Source: the human T2T-CHM13v2.0 reference genome, Homo sapiens
Length of the DNA stretch: 64,000 nucleotides
Assembly: GCF_009914755.1 (NCBI RefSeq)
Contig: NC_060933.1
Direction: 5' to 3' (one strand)
Shown here: piece after piece, positions 1-28,160 of the stretch
How positions within the stretch are numbered: the stretch's first letter is position 1
Layout: every line of letters begins with the position of its first letter
Translations under genes and position numbers: made by a program
Notes under the pieces: generated by a model
Seen by the model: the letters and a program-made list of their open reading frames with translations, nothing else
The model's database searches: none
Told to the model about the DNA's origin: nothing

Positions 1-102
1 ATTCATTGACTGCCATTAATATCTGATAGGGTTTTGTGGTTTTAACATGAGAAGTATATGAAAAGAAGCAGAACTCATCAAGTCTCAAAGTCTTAAGAAT
101 TA

Positions 103-1545
<1,443 letters not shown>

Positions 1546-1549
1546 GAAA

Positions 1550-1960
1550 TACAGCTATATCCAACAACCAGAATAAATCTTGGAAATATAATTTGCAGTG
1601 AAAAGAGCTGGTTGCAGAAGACTACATAGAGTGTGATTCCATTTTTATAAAGAAGCTCAAAACCAAGCTAATCCAAACAACATATTGTTTAGGAAGACAT
1701 ACATGTTTGTTAAAACTGTTTTTTTTTTTTAAATGAATGCATAATTTAGGATGGTGATTACCTCGAAATGGATGGAGAAGATGGGTTTAGGATTTGGAAG
1801 GCACATGGTAGCTTTAAAAGCAATGGCAATGCTTTATGCATAAATTGTTTGGTGGGTTCATGTATTCATTTTATTATATACTCCTAAGCTTACAGAGATG
1901 TTACTTATTTTATATATATCAAATATTGTATAATAAAATGTAAGTGAAAAAATGCTACTT
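1550..1960 (+). mobile_element. Ancient L1M (L1ME-like) 3' fragment
   Basis: Motifs AGTGAAAAGAGC...ATTCCATTTTTATAAAG...GTGATTACCT typical of old L1 3' ends. Confidence 0.6.
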
Positions 1961-2201
1961 TTATAAAATGGAATAATCAAGCAAACATGTTAAGTTAAAA
2001 CCTAGAGAAAGGGTTTTAGACTTGTAACTTTAACTAATTGGATACTCATTTTGGAACCAAAGCAAACATCTGAATAGTCCATACAGAAAAACATTTAACA
2101 CATCATATAGCGTACCATTGTTTATCCTGCCATTCTTTTGGTGGCTAAAAATGTAATTTTAATTTTTGCTATTTCAGATACACAGGAATAAGCATTTTTG
2201 A

Positions 2202-3120
<919 letters not shown>

Positions 3121-3696
3121 AAACATTGGTCCTGTCAAAACGAGTGCTCCACTTTCCACTTTGATTTGACTCTTTCCCATTCTTGTTTGCCCAGACTGCA
3201 GGTGAAGCTCAGTATTGATTTCAGGACCTCAGGATACAGAACACAAGAGCTCCCTGTCACGAGAGGCACAGAATAGAGCTTTGTCTCTTAAAAAGGCTTG
3301 ATTGCTTCTACGTGACTGTCTTGCTGCCAGTGGCAGGGAGGGAGGCTTTGCTGAGCACCAAGTCAGAACTCAGAGTTCCTGCGCCATTTTTCATAGTGCT
3401 GCCCTTGTAACCCAAGGAGGCGTCCCATTTTATTTCCCTGGGCAGATTTTGCAATGCTCAGTCGTCAAAATGGAAATGTTTATTAGCTACGGAAAATGCT
3501 GTTTTGCTGATTACAGAAAAACACAGACAAAGAAATACATACAACATGGACCTACAATGACAAGAAAAACAAAGATGTCAGTTACCACCTATGCTTGCCA
3601 GAGTCCCTGTCTTCCTATCTGAACACATTCCAGAACAATCCAATTCTTCTTTGAAATGTTCATTTTATTTCAGATACAGAAAGAAATTAAACAAGA

Positions 3697-4622
<926 letters not shown>

Positions 4623-4870
4623 TTAGTATGCCACTCAGACACAGGTAGTAGCAACATCAACTCTATATACTAAATCAGTGGTATGTGAATAAAACATGCC
4701 ATTAAATAATTTTCCTAAAATTTTTACCAACTTAGAGAATATAGAATTTCTTCAAATATCTCATAATTTTTCCTAGAGTTTTTTTTTTTTAACCCAAGAC
4801 CCAAACAAGATTTACACATTGTATTTCACTGATCTCTCTTAAGTATTTTAGTCTGTAGGTTTCTCCTCCA

Positions 4871-5528
<658 letters not shown>

Positions 5529-5909
5529 TGATTTTTCTTTTAGAGTTTTTTACATCCTGGACTTCATTTACTGTACCTAGCAGTAGTGTAGTGTTGTTTA
5601 ACACATTCCTCTATTTCAAGAGTTTTTCTAAACAGTTAATTGGATCTAGATGCTGGGTCAGACACTAGTTTGCTCTTTTTGGCAAGAATATGTCATTTGT
5701 GGTTGTATATTTCTATCAGATGGTACATAATGCCTGGTGATCTCCTTTTCTGTGATGTGAGTGGCTATTCAATGACCACTGCCTGGATCTGTTATTTTAT
5801 TAGAGTTTTACAAAATGCTGGTAATTCAAATGTCATTCCTTATTTATTGACTGACATAATTCCCTCATCAAGTCTTCAGTTAGTTACTCTGAGATACAAG
5901 TGGTACATA

Positions 5910-6300
5910 CACATCTTAGCTTGGGTCTTCCAGGAAGCAGAGCCTAGAGACAAAGGCTTGACTGGAGAATGTGGTGATCCTAGGGAAAGAAGTGAGGGAT
6001 GGGGAAGCAGGAGAGACAATTCAAGGGAGCCTCACTGAATAGGCTGCTGCTTCAGGTTCCTGAATGGTTGGCTGTGTGTGACCATATGAGTTGTATAGAA
6101 TGAGTCTCGGGCTCCTTCATCTTGCGGGGAAAAGGGAGGAAGTTTTATCAGTTCCTGTCCCCCACTCGTTAAAGGTTAGACCATGAAACATTAACTCCCC
6201 CACACTTCAGGGTGCTGGGTTCATGGGCACCCTGATAGCTTCCATAGATCCCCACACTGTCATTAAGAGAGAACCCCTGGAATGGGAGGTAAGAGGTAAG
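5910..6300. mobile_element. MLT1-type MaLR LTR fragment
   Basis: TCTTAGCTTGGGTCTTCCAGGAAGCAGAGCCTAGAGACAAAGG resembles an MLT1I/J terminus. Confidence 0.5.
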
Positions 6301-6301
6301 G

Positions 6302-10810
<4,509 letters not shown>

Positions 10811-10845
10811 GTTTTAACCATTTTTAAGTGTACAGTGTAAGGCAC

Positions 10846-11905
10846 TGAAACCGCCTTTGCAAAAGTATAACTGAGGAAATTATGACAGTGAAAGAAATCA
10901 GACCTAACTGACTCTATCTTGCTTCTAACCCTTAAGCTGTCCTTGTTCGTTCCTGGGTGTAGGCGGAACTAACTTTGGGAAGGAATTCCGTTCATGATTT
11001 GACTCTGAAACAAAGTTGCTAACAGCCCTTTCCTGAAAAAGACTCCCTTCTTGCCTGGGGTCCAGTCTGCCTTTGCAGGACTAACAAATTAGCTACAAGA
11101 TTAGAAATTACAGTTTAGGGGTCTTGCTGCTTCCGGATCCAAGAGTCTGAACCTCTCCAAATTTGCTCCTGTGGATAACATCACTATTGTAAAACCTAAG
11201 AGCAGTGCTTGAGATATTTTGCAGACCCTGCACTCGATGGATCAGCTGACACCACCTGGACCAGTAACCTGGCCCAACCAGTTCTGCCATCGCAGATAGG
11301 AACAGAAGACATATGAAAACCTAACTTCGACCCCCGCCTGATTCCATCTCCAACCTGACCAATCAGCACTCCCCACTTCTCAAGCCCCTACCCGCCAAAT
11401 TATCTTTAAAAACTCAGGGCGGGTTGCGGTGGCTCATGCCTGTAATCCCAGCACTTTGGGATGCGAGGCGGGTGGATCACCTGAGGTCAGGAGTTTGAGA
11501 CCAGCCTGGCCAACGTGGTGAAATCCTTCTCCACTAAAACTACTAAAATTAGTTGGGCGTGGTGGCGGGCGCCCCTAATCCCAGCTACTCAGGAGGCTGA
11601 GGCGGGACAATCGCTTGAACTCAGGCGAAGGTTGCAGTGGGCCGAGATCGCCCGTGCCACTGCACTGCAGTCTGGGCGACAAGAGCGAAACTCGGTCTCA
11701 AACAAAACAAAACAAAAAAACCCGAAAACCAACCAAACAAAATCTGATCCCCGAATGCTCGAAGAAACTGATTTGAGTAATAATAAAACTCCGGTCTCCC
11801 GCACAGCTGGCTCTGCGTGAATTACTCTTTCGCCATTGGAATTCCCCTGTCTTGACAAATCGGCTGTCTACGCAGCCGGCAAGGTGGACCCACTGGGCGG
11901 TTACA
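10846..11905 (+). mobile_element. LTR8-family (ERV1) solo LTR interrupted by an Alu (~11417-11742)
   Basis: Starts TGAAACCGCCTTTGCAAAA, ends GGGCGGTTACA, AATAAA at ~11783, near-perfect 4-bp TSD GCAC/GCAT. Confidence 0.85.
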
Positions 11906-12099
11906 GCATTATTAGGTATATTAACACTGTTGTGCAAACACCCCCACTCTCGGTCTCCAGAACTTTTTGTCATCCCACATTGAAACTCTACCGATTAAGC
12001 ACTAAGTTCCCATTCCCTTCCCAGGGTTTTTAACAAGGCCACGTTAAACAGAAGGGGCACCTGCTTGCCAGGTGGAGGCCTGGGCACTGGCAGGGTTCT

Positions 12100-13830
12100 G
12101 CCCTCCCGACTGAGCAGGGGCTCCCGAGGTGACTAAGCAGGCTCTCTGGGTAGTGCTCCCGCCCTCACCTATTGTCCGGGTGGAGGAACCGGTATTTCCG
12201 GATGGGGGCCTCAGACCCAGTGATCCCGGCTAAGGGTGAGGCTGGCGGGGGAGGGGAACGGAAGCGGGTCGTAAAAGTTAACTTTACACTAAAATCATTA
12301 ACTTTTCTCACACCCCCCAATAAAAGCAGTCACCTCCCCCCCCCAAGAGCCCCCCACGCACCCACAGTGGCCCACAACCATGCTTCCCGGGGGCTTTGAA
12401 GGGTAGAGGAGCTGACATCCTCCTTGCCCAGACCCTGGAAAGGATTAGGAAGCGGACCTGGGCACGAATAGAGAAAGAAGCCCAGCAAATTCCTCTTGCA
12501 CCAGCTCTGGGAGGAAGCTCAGCTGCAGTTCTACGTAGAAGAAAAGAGGCGGCAAAGTAGGCGCGCGGGCTCCAGTGACAAAGGTCTCCCAGGCAGCCGC
12601 GGCCCCTGCCCCACCGCTGAGTGGCGTGCGTGCAGGCCCACCCTCTCCGCCTTTCCCGACACCCCAAAGTAGCGCTGCGAGCAGCTGCGTCTCCCTCCCG
12701 GGGCTCGCGCGCCCAGAACCCTCCGGTCTCAAGGAAGCAGGTGACAGCCGCCGCCCACCCCCTTCCCCTCCCCGCCGCTGCTCTCTGGCTCGCCACCGCC
12801 CAACTCCCCCTGCCCCCACCCTGGATTTTTTTTCCCCTTCTCTCAAACCTCTAAACAGGAAATAGCCCGAATCACAATAATATACGGGAGCAGCCGCGGA
12901 GGCCGCTGGCGCCCTCCCATTCCCGGGGAGCTTCCCGCACTCCGGCTTGGGTGAAGTGCAGCCAGCGACGCGCGCAGGGAGCGCAGGGGGACACCAGCCC
13001 AGCAGCTAGCGCCGCGCCGCCCAGCGCCCCGGAGAGCCGCCTTCGCCCTCGCCCAGCGCCCGACACCGCCGGCCGCGGCGGCGGCCGCCACCGGCTCTAG
13101 GCAAGTACCCTCCTCTCTCTCCCTCCCCGGCCCAGGTGCTGCCTGCCGCACGCCCCGGGAGAGCCGCCGAGGCGCGGCAGCCTGTGCCCAGGCGTCGCCG
13201 GGATGCCTTCCCTCCTGTCCCGACTTTGGCCAGGGAATGATTTGGTGGGCGCGAATTCGCGCTGGTGCCCTGGGTCGTTTGTGCAGGCGGGGTGAGGGGC
13301 AGCGCGAGTAAACGGGTTGACATCCCCTAGGTTTCTCTGCAGAGTGCGCTGTGTACTTCATCGGGCATTTACTTTTTCACTGCTTCCTCATCGCCCCCGG
13401 GGCGGCAGCGCCTCACAGGGTCTCTCTGGGGGAATCATCAACAGGTGTGCCTGAACACGCACCTGCGGCAGCCACAGGTGTCTGGGAGCCACCTTTTTTC
13501 TTCTCCCTGGCCTGGCACCCTTTCACTCAAGGGATGGAAACTGTTTCACTTTCTGCTGAGCTTCTCTTTTACCCGATTAAAAGGGCCTTTGAATTTCTGT
13601 TGGCGCAGCCAACTGCATCGGGTGGGGGCAGGAGCCGGTGCCTTGGAGTGACGCGGGCGGAGCGCGGCGCTGGTTATTGGAAGCTGGTGGGGCTGCTTGA
13701 GTGCCCGCTGAGCCTCCGCCGCGGGGCTTGAAAACTCCGCACTCCAGAAAGCTTGACCGTACAGCCCTGGGGGTGCTCGCCCTGCCCGCGTGGTCCGCAA
13801 AACGGGGATCTCCTCCGCCTAACGCGGCAG
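12100..13830 (+). promoter_or_regulatory. TJP2: Distal CpG-island promoter of TJP2 (upstream, isoform C-type promoter)
   Basis: Repeat-free CpG-dense island ~47 kb upstream of exon 1A; TJP2 is known to have an upstream promoter whose transcripts lack the isoform-A N-terminus. Confidence 0.85.
12640..13100 (+). other. TJP2: Non-coding first exon of the distal TJP2 transcript (start approximate), ending in a GC donor
   Basis: No ATG in this interval; ends CTCTAG|GCAAGT, a perfect GC-AG donor consensus. Confidence 0.7.
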
Positions 13831-14339
13831 AGACTTAGAAAACATTTAAACAACAAAAAAATTTTCACTTATTGACCCATTTGTAAGGGAGGGGCCGAGC
13901 TTGTCAGCATATACAGGGCGTTGTAAGTTTCCCAGGGCTGCATTGCAAGGTTCTTCTATAGGGAGCTCTCAGTCAAAACCGAGTTGGAGATCTTTATGTT
14001 GGAAAAAGGCCACTGAATTCCAGGCATTCTTCGAGCTTGAGAAGGGCATTTTCAAGACTATTTTGAAGTTTGCACGAGGGCTTTCTGCGCAACTGAGTAT
14101 CTCAACTATCCTTATTGTCTGTGGCTACTTCCCAGTCCCAGAGGTGGGCGAGTTCCGTAGGGAGGCCTCCGCAGGCAGGTCTTCTGTCCAGGTTTCTGAA
14201 CGCATTTCCACAAACGTGGTCGGTAGGTAAGTTAAGCCCTTAACCAATCCACTTGAGAGATACTACCTATCCTCTTCGTTTCCTGGTGAGGAACCTGTTA
14301 TTCTAGTTGCTGATAGGGTGACATTCTGGGTACTTTCAA

Positions 14340-16306
<1,967 letters not shown>

Positions 16307-16529
16307 TCATTCTCTACAGTCACAAGCCAGTATTGAGTTTCTTAAATATCTGTTGTGTTTTGGAGGCTCGCTATAACCTGACCTCAGGTTATACTGTTTG
16401 GATCTTGTATTATGGGGAAATGTTGGTAATAGCAGAGAACTAGGGAAGTCAGCTGGATTTAGAAAAAGAAAACTTCCATTTGAGGGTTCTTTGAGACAGT
16501 AGTGGGATAGGTGAGTGGAAGTGTGTAGC

Positions 16530-16725
16530 GCAGTGATTCTCAAACATTAGTTTGCATCTGAACCATCTGGAAGGCTTGTCAAAATACAGATTGCAGGCCC
16601 CCCTCCTGGAGTTTCTGATTGCGTAGATCTGGGGCGGGGGCTCAAGAATCTGTGTCTCTAACGAGTGCCCACCCAGGTCATGCTGCTGCTGCTGCTCTGG
16701 GAATCCCGCTTTGAGAACCAGTGCT
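16530..16725. mobile_element. MER5A, near full length
   Basis: Terminal inverted repeats CAGTGATTCTCAAAC...TTTGAGAACCAGTG and MER5A core. Confidence 0.8.
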
Positions 16726-17989
16726 TTGGAGGCCTTTGGAAGTGCAGGTCTGGAACTTGCATGACGGAAGGGGCCGGGCTTGAGGCTGGTCTGGGCATCC
16801 TGTGTGTGCAGGGGCTTGGTGGAGCTGTGGAAGTGGGTACCAGCCAAAGCAGGGCGCATAGACAAGTGCTGAGGACGAATTCAGAAATACTGTGGGGAGG
16901 GGTGGCTGTGAGGAAGAACAGAGCTGAGAGATAAGGAAGAAATGGACAGAGGGTTATGAGGAGACCTGGGTGAGTGAAGACCCACAAACTCCTATGTAAA
17001 GGTTCAGGAGAGTGAGGACATGTATGGGTATTGGTGTCAGGGGAGGGACTGAGTGGTCACCCGGATGGTAGGTGTTGTAGCTGTGCAGGCCTGGCCTTTC
17101 CACCATTCTTTCAGGAAGGGCAGCATCCCCGGGCAGTGGGATGTGCTGCTTGTGGCCACAGAGTCACATGTGGACTTTCCTGTAAGAAAGGGAATTCTTT
17201 TAGTCTTTCTGGCCGTAGTCCCAGGGGTCATGACTAAGTTCTCTCCCTCTTTCTGCCTGTCACTGATAATTAACCTAAAACCAGGATGAGTTTTGCAAAC
17301 CAGAAGCAAGATTTCTTTGTGCGAGGAGTGACTGTCATCTCTAAAACTGGAGTTTGTGTCCTTGTGTGTATTTGCCTGCTCAGCTTAATAGCTTTAGGCA
17401 TGCAGTCATCTTAGCATAACTTGATATAAGCCGATTCTGAGAGTGGGTGCTGACATATGGAAGTGTTTTTGACAATCCACGTTGTGAAGGTCAGGAGGTT
17501 TGCTACAGGAAAGAAATCCAAGAAGGGCAGTGGCCCACTGGTGTTGGGTCCTCTGAGAGTGAGCTGTGTTCTACTCTTCCCACTCACGTCACAAAGTCGA
17601 GAGAAACATCCCCTAATTTGATTGTATATTTCATTTTAAAGGAATCCTCATTGCGTCTGAGGATGTAAAATATTTCTCTTGGGTTTCGGAAAGAGGCCAA
17701 AGCCTGCCCCAAGGTGTTCTCTGTTATCATTTGGGGCATCTGTTGTTAGTAGAGAGCAAAGTGATTTAATATCAGTGCTTGTAAACCAACTGCCTGGTGA
17801 CTTGCTGTATGGTCAGGAACTGAGTAGCAGCTCCTTAGTTTAGACTTTCCAATTTGCCTTTGATCCCACTCAGCCCTTTGCACAGATGAACATTCCTGCT
17901 GGCCCCTGTAGGCCCTGGGTGTGTGATTCCTCTGGTTAATGGACAGGACTGGAAAGGAAATATTTCACAACCCTGCATCTGTGGAGAGG

Positions 17990-18525
17990 GAGTGTCCTGG
18001 AATCCCCAAGACCACCCCCAGTTTCAATGATTCACTAGGAGGACTCACAGTACTCAGCATAGAGTTGTACTCATGGCTATGATTTATTATGGTTCAAAGA
18101 TGCAAAGCAAAATAAGCCAAGGGGAGAAGTACTGGAGCGAAGTCCAAGGCAAGCAGGCACAAGCTTCCAAGGCTCCTCTCCCAGTAGAGTTACACATGAT
18201 GTGCTTAATTCCCTGGCAACTAGTTGTGACCACACATGTGAAATGTTATCAACCAGGGAAGCTTATAAGGGACTCACTGCCCCGGGTTTTTACTGGGGGA
18301 TTGTTACACTGGTGTCCTCTGCCTACCAGCTACCCAAATTTCAGACTCACACAAGGAAAGCAGCTGTTCAGCATAAACCACATGGTTGTACAGCTTAAGG
18401 ACAGTGTGAGACTCTTACCAGTCCTGGCAATGGTGGGAATCCAAATTCCCAGGCATCAGCTGAGAGCCACCTTGTAAGTGGATCTTTCAAAGGATAACAG
18501 TCAGGCTTGCTATGTTACCTTTTGG
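17990..18525 (-). mobile_element. MER21-family LTR (partial)
   Basis: CCCAAGACCACCCCCAGTTTCAATGATTCACTAGGAGGACTCACAG...CAGGCTTGCTATGTTA matches MER21. Confidence 0.75.
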
Positions 18526-18734
18526 ATGGGGATGAGAGTGGCAGGTGAGGATGGTGGTGGGGACCCCTGAACTTGGAGAAGGGATCTGTTAATGCAGCCT
18601 CGGGGCCTGGTGCTGCGGGAGAAGGTGGAAGGAAGTGAACTGGGGTTTTGCACCTAGATCCTGGGTTCAGAATGATAACTGGGATTCCTGCACTACACGG
18701 ATAGAGAAGGGTGGAAAAGAGTTCAAAGTCCTGT

Positions 18735-20520
<1,786 letters not shown>

Positions 20521-20857
20521 GCAGGGAGTCTCTCCTGGGAAGAGGGAGAAATAGGAAGTTGGAATGTTGATACCCTGGGCAATGTGGGGCTGTTGTCTGG
20601 AGTGTGAGTGGTGTTGGAGGCCTGAAGGGCTGGTCCTGTGGGGTGCACACCTGGAGAGCTAGGAGGCGGATAGTGAAGCAGTGGTCACTGGCACCTCAGC
20701 TGCCAGAGGGCAGGATTGCAGCAAGATCTAAGTGTCCACTTGGAAGGCTGAAGTGCTCCACTCAAGCTAGACAAACTGAGTTCGAGGAACCCAGGGTCAA
20801 TAGAGGAAGTACCACCCAGCGAGCTGAAAGACCTGTCTGAGCTGGGCCTACGACCTG

Positions 20858-21321
20858 TGTCTTAGTCAGCTCGGGCTGCTATAATGAAGTACCAATGACT
20901 GGGTGGGTTAAGTAACAGACATTTGTTTCTCAGCGCTCTGGAGACATGAGGTTTGATACCAGGTGCCAGGATGGTCAGGTTCGTGGTGAGAACCCTTTTC
21001 CTGGCTTGCAGACAGCCACCATCTTGCTGTATGCTCACATGGCCTTTCCTGGATGCATTGTGTATGGAGAGAGAGGGAGAAGAGAGAAGAGGAGAGAGAG
21101 AGAGAGAGAAGAGAGAAGAGGAGAGAGAGAGAGAGAGAGATCTGTTTCTCTCATTCTCTCTCTTGTTGTAGGGACACTAATCCTATCATGAGAGTCCCAC
21201 CCTCATGACCTCATCTAAACCTGATTACCTCCCAAAAGTCCTATCTCCAAATAGCATCACACTGGAGGTTAGGGCTTCAACATATGAATTTTGGGGAGAT
21301 ACAAACACTCAGTCCTTAGCA
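20858..21321 (-). mobile_element. MLT1A-type MaLR solo LTR with internal (GA)n tract (21067-21140)
   Basis: TGTCTTAGTCAGCTCGGGCTGCTATA...GATACAAACACTCAGTCCTTAGCA. Confidence 0.8.
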
Positions 21322-21349
21322 ACCCAGGCCAATAACGATTTGCTGAGTA

Positions 21350-22551
<1,202 letters not shown>

Positions 22552-23354
22552 TCATTTTAGTAGAGTGTATACTATAATGACAATAACTTCAATGATGGTA
22601 AAAGGTATCCTAAAATTTATAATACTAATCAAATCATAATACAGTTTGAGAAAATATAGAACCATTTATGTAAAAAAGTTTTTTTTTAGCTAAAAATAAA
22701 TGTAGATGATTTGGAAATATTTTATAGGAAAATTTAGAACAAAGTGTCTTAAAGACTTTGCGGTGTTTCTGGATCTTGACTACTAGGGTCATGTGCAAGC
22801 TCAGTGAATGCAGGAGGAAACTACATCCATTTCCTGGTTGGGGGTGTCTGGGAAAAACTCAGCCCATGAGGGAGAAGGAGAGGATGAGGAGGACAGCGGC
22901 CCTTTGGTGAGAAGCCTGGTGATGGTGGTAGGGTGTGTTCACTCAGGCTTCCTGGAGAAGGAGAAGGAAGAGGATATCCTCTTGTCATGAACTCCACATT
23001 TGGATTCACTGGAAACAGATTTGGGAAAGAGCAGGAGGAGAGGGAAGAGGTTGGGGGTGTGGGACCCTCCTGTCTCCGAGGAAGCAGCACCACTGCTCAG
23101 GGCAACGCTTTGTGTGTGTCATCAGATGCTAGAGGATCCACTTCCAGAAGGCACTGAGCAGAGTGGAAGGAGTCAGCCCTGCTGCGTAGGAGCTGTGCGA
23201 TCCAGGCCAGGTTCCTTAGCTCTGCCTGATCCCTGAATTATGTGGCTCGAGTTTCATTGTTCTGTTGGTTATTCTCTTTCTCAGGTCGGCAGCCTCTCGT
23301 CATGAGCTGAGGTTTTGTCCAGCTGCCCACACTCTTCAACCAATGATCTTTGTT

Positions 23355-23379
23355 TTCTTTCCTTCTTTCTTTCTTTCTC

Positions 23380-23423
<44 letters not shown>

Positions 23424-23472
23424 TTCTTTTCTTTTCTTTTCTTTTCTTTTCTTTTCTTTTCTTTTCTTTTTT
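23355..23472. repeat. Compound (CTTT)n(CTTTT)n microsatellite forming the tail of an antisense AluJ (23473-23795)
   Basis: (CTTT)10 at 23381-23420 and (CTTTT)10 at 23421-23470. Confidence 0.95.
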
Positions 23473-24616
23473 TGAGACAGGGTTTCGCTTTGTTGCCCAG
23501 GCTGGATGGAGTGTGCAGTGGTGTGATCACAGCTCACTGCAACGTGTGCAGTGGTGTGATCACAGCTCACTGCAATGTCTGCCTCCCAGGCTCAAACGAT
23601 CCTCTCGCCTCAGCCTCCTGAGTAGCTGGAACCACAGATGCGCACCACCAGGCCCGGCCAATTTTTGTATTTTTTTGTTGAGATGGAGTTTTGTCATGTT
23701 GCCCAGGCTGGTCTCGAACTCCTGGGCTCAAGTGATCTGCCCGCTTCGGCCTCCCAAAGTGCTGGGAATACAAGCATGAGCCACTGTACTCAGCTGAGCT
23801 TTTTTTTTCAAGGGACAGAATCTGGCCTTGAGAAGAAGAAACTTTCCAGCTTTTCTTCAAGGTCTTTGAATCTCTTTCTGTGGGTCCCCAGATCTCCTGG
23901 TCACAGCTCATCTTGTCATTTGCCTCAGATCTTTCCTCCTCTTCCTCTACTTTGACAGGTAATATCTCAGCAGGCTCCATTTCTTTCTCGTGACAATGTG
24001 CAGTCATTTCATTTCCTCTCTCCAGAAGACTTTGGGCAGCTCAATCCAGACATCTTAAGATGCCCCTTTGGGTCTGCTTTTCTGTTCTGTTCTTCCACAG
24101 GGTTAGTATAGAATTGATTTTTCTCTCCCACTTGGTTGGTCAGAGGCATGCTTGACTTTGGAACATCAATCACTTTCTGGCCTCATCGTTCTGCCTGTCA
24201 TCAACAGGATCTCCATCCTGATTCCAACTTAACAGCCCTGTTCTCTTCTCCAAGAGGCATTACCAGTTCTCTCATCTTGAACCAACGTTCCGCCCGTTCC
24301 ATACCCAGACCCTCCATGCTGTCTGGAGGTCCCATGTCTTTGTTTGCTCATAATAGTTATAAGTGGGTTTTAGCTTCTTCCTCTTGAGTTTGGATGGATT
24401 TGGCTTCTGCTGCCAGAGCCTAGATTGTTCTCACGTATCAGACATTGGCTTATCTTGAGGGTGGAGGATTTTCTTTTCCCAGCTGATTTGCTATAAAGTA
24501 TATAATGGGCTCAGTCACAGGGCTGGACAGATCCAGGCCATCAGGAACTTCTGGGCTTTCACCTTTTTCCATCACAAGACAAAACTGGATGAGAACTTTA
24601 CAAAAAAAAAAAAAAG

Positions 24617-25793
<1,177 letters not shown>

Positions 25794-26364
25794 GGCAGAA
25801 TAAGAAATTCTACCTAAAACCAAGAGAGCTATTAATGCAGCAGCTCATGGCACAGCCACCATCTCCCATTGATGAGCAGTGAGAGCGAGACCAGGTCTCC
25901 CATAGCCAGGTCCTTGTCTCGAACTCGGCCGTGTCTTCTAGGTTTACCAAGAGCAATAGCTCTGTAGCAGGACAAAGTTCCTCCATAGGGCCCTATACTG
26001 CCACAGAGTCCCCTGGGGCCTTCCTGGCCAGCAGGAAGGTCACAACACTGTGGTCACTGGGCAGGCTTCTGTCTGGAGCCAAACCTTCGTCTAGAGCAAG
26101 TAGGCGACCGCTGCCGTGAGCGTTGGGGGCAGGCTTAGATCAGTATGGAACTCAAACACCCTCAGAGCTGCCCTGGCCTCCTTCTTTCCTCCTCAGGTGC
26201 TTAAACACATTTTAAGTCATCGTGTTCCAGTTTTAATTGATGAAGCCCAAAGTATGTGAGAGGGCAGAATAGGAACACCAAACCCAGTCTGGGGATTCAA
26301 CGAAAGAAAGCTTTTTGGAAGAAATGAAGCCACAACTAGTCAGCAAAGAAATTAAAATACACTT

Positions 26365-28160
<1,796 letters not shown>

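Noticed and set aside
12308-13868. Overlapping long ORFs on both strands of the distal CpG island
   Set aside because: Stop-poor GC-rich DNA giving low-complexity Ala/Gly/Arg/Pro peptides with no recognisable homology
22808-23236. Glu/Gly-rich short ORFs suggesting a processed pseudogene
   Set aside because: GA-rich low-complexity sequence with no recognisable parent, poly-A tail or TSD
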